Assembly: GCF_036321535.1 (NCBI RefSeq)
Contig: NC_087437.1
Location: forward strand, 59,770,001-59,834,000
Source of the DNA: Camelus dromedarius
Taxonomy: Eukaryota
DNA: 64,000 nt
Reading direction: 5' to 3'
The notes below the pieces were generated by a model. It made no database searches. It was not told the DNA's origin and was given only the letters and a program-made list of their open reading frames with translations. Below, in pieces: positions 63,881-64,000 of the stretch. The position numbers were made by a program, and so were the translations under genes. Within the stretch, counting starts at the first letter, position 1; each line of letters starts with the position of its first letter.

Positions 63881-64000
63881 ATACACCCTGAGTCTGCTTC
63901 TGGGCAGAGAGGAGCTCCAGGGAGGCAGATCTCAGCTCCAATACCACCCACACAGGGGGCCTGGGAGCACACGGAAGTGCCCAAGACCTTGATAGACAAA

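Larger units (their letters stand above)
61305..64000 (-). other. XXYLT1: 3' part of the XXYLT1 intron upstream of the exon
   Basis: Ends in a polypyrimidine tract plus CAG (AG at 61306-61305). No further XXYLT1 coding sequence seen up to 64000. Confidence 0.85.

Noticed and set aside
1..64000. CRISPR array, operon, prophage, tRNA or rRNA genes
   Set aside because: The sequence is mammalian intron; I see no regularly spaced repeat-spacer units, no gene-dense region and no recognisable structural RNA gene

Overview
Mammalian genomic DNA, not prokaryotic. The L1 3' ends resemble camelid L1s as I recall them, and I see no Alu, Bov-tA/Bov-A2, CHR or PRE-1 SINEs, so a camelid (alpaca/camel) source is likely; this is an inference. 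The only protein-coding sequence I can support is one 133-bp internal exon on the minus strand (61172-61304). It encodes EILRIIQLDLDLKYKTNIRELFEEFDNFLPGAVIGIAREMQPVYR, which I recognise as the DXD-motif exon of XXYLT1 (xyloside xylosyltransferase 1, GT8 family, Notch EGF O-glucose glycan elongation). The rest of the window is intronic: 1-61171 is the long downstream intron (the next exon, which should start HTFWQF, is not in the window) and 61305-64000 is the upstream intron. The introns hold old MIR, L2 and L1M fragments, an MLT1 solo LTR, DNA-transposon MITEs (MER5, MER2-like, MER53, MER94), several younger 5'-truncated L1 tails with target-site duplications, and microsatellites. The other ORFs in the track look like chance ORFs in GC-rich intron. 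I found no convincing novel biological system. The items most worth checking are a MER53 hairpin with a miR-1302-like arm, an internally deleted L1 with its own TSD, an unexplained 40-bp dispersed repeat, and two candidate antisense exons. Repeat family names come from recalled consensus sequences and their boundaries are approximate.
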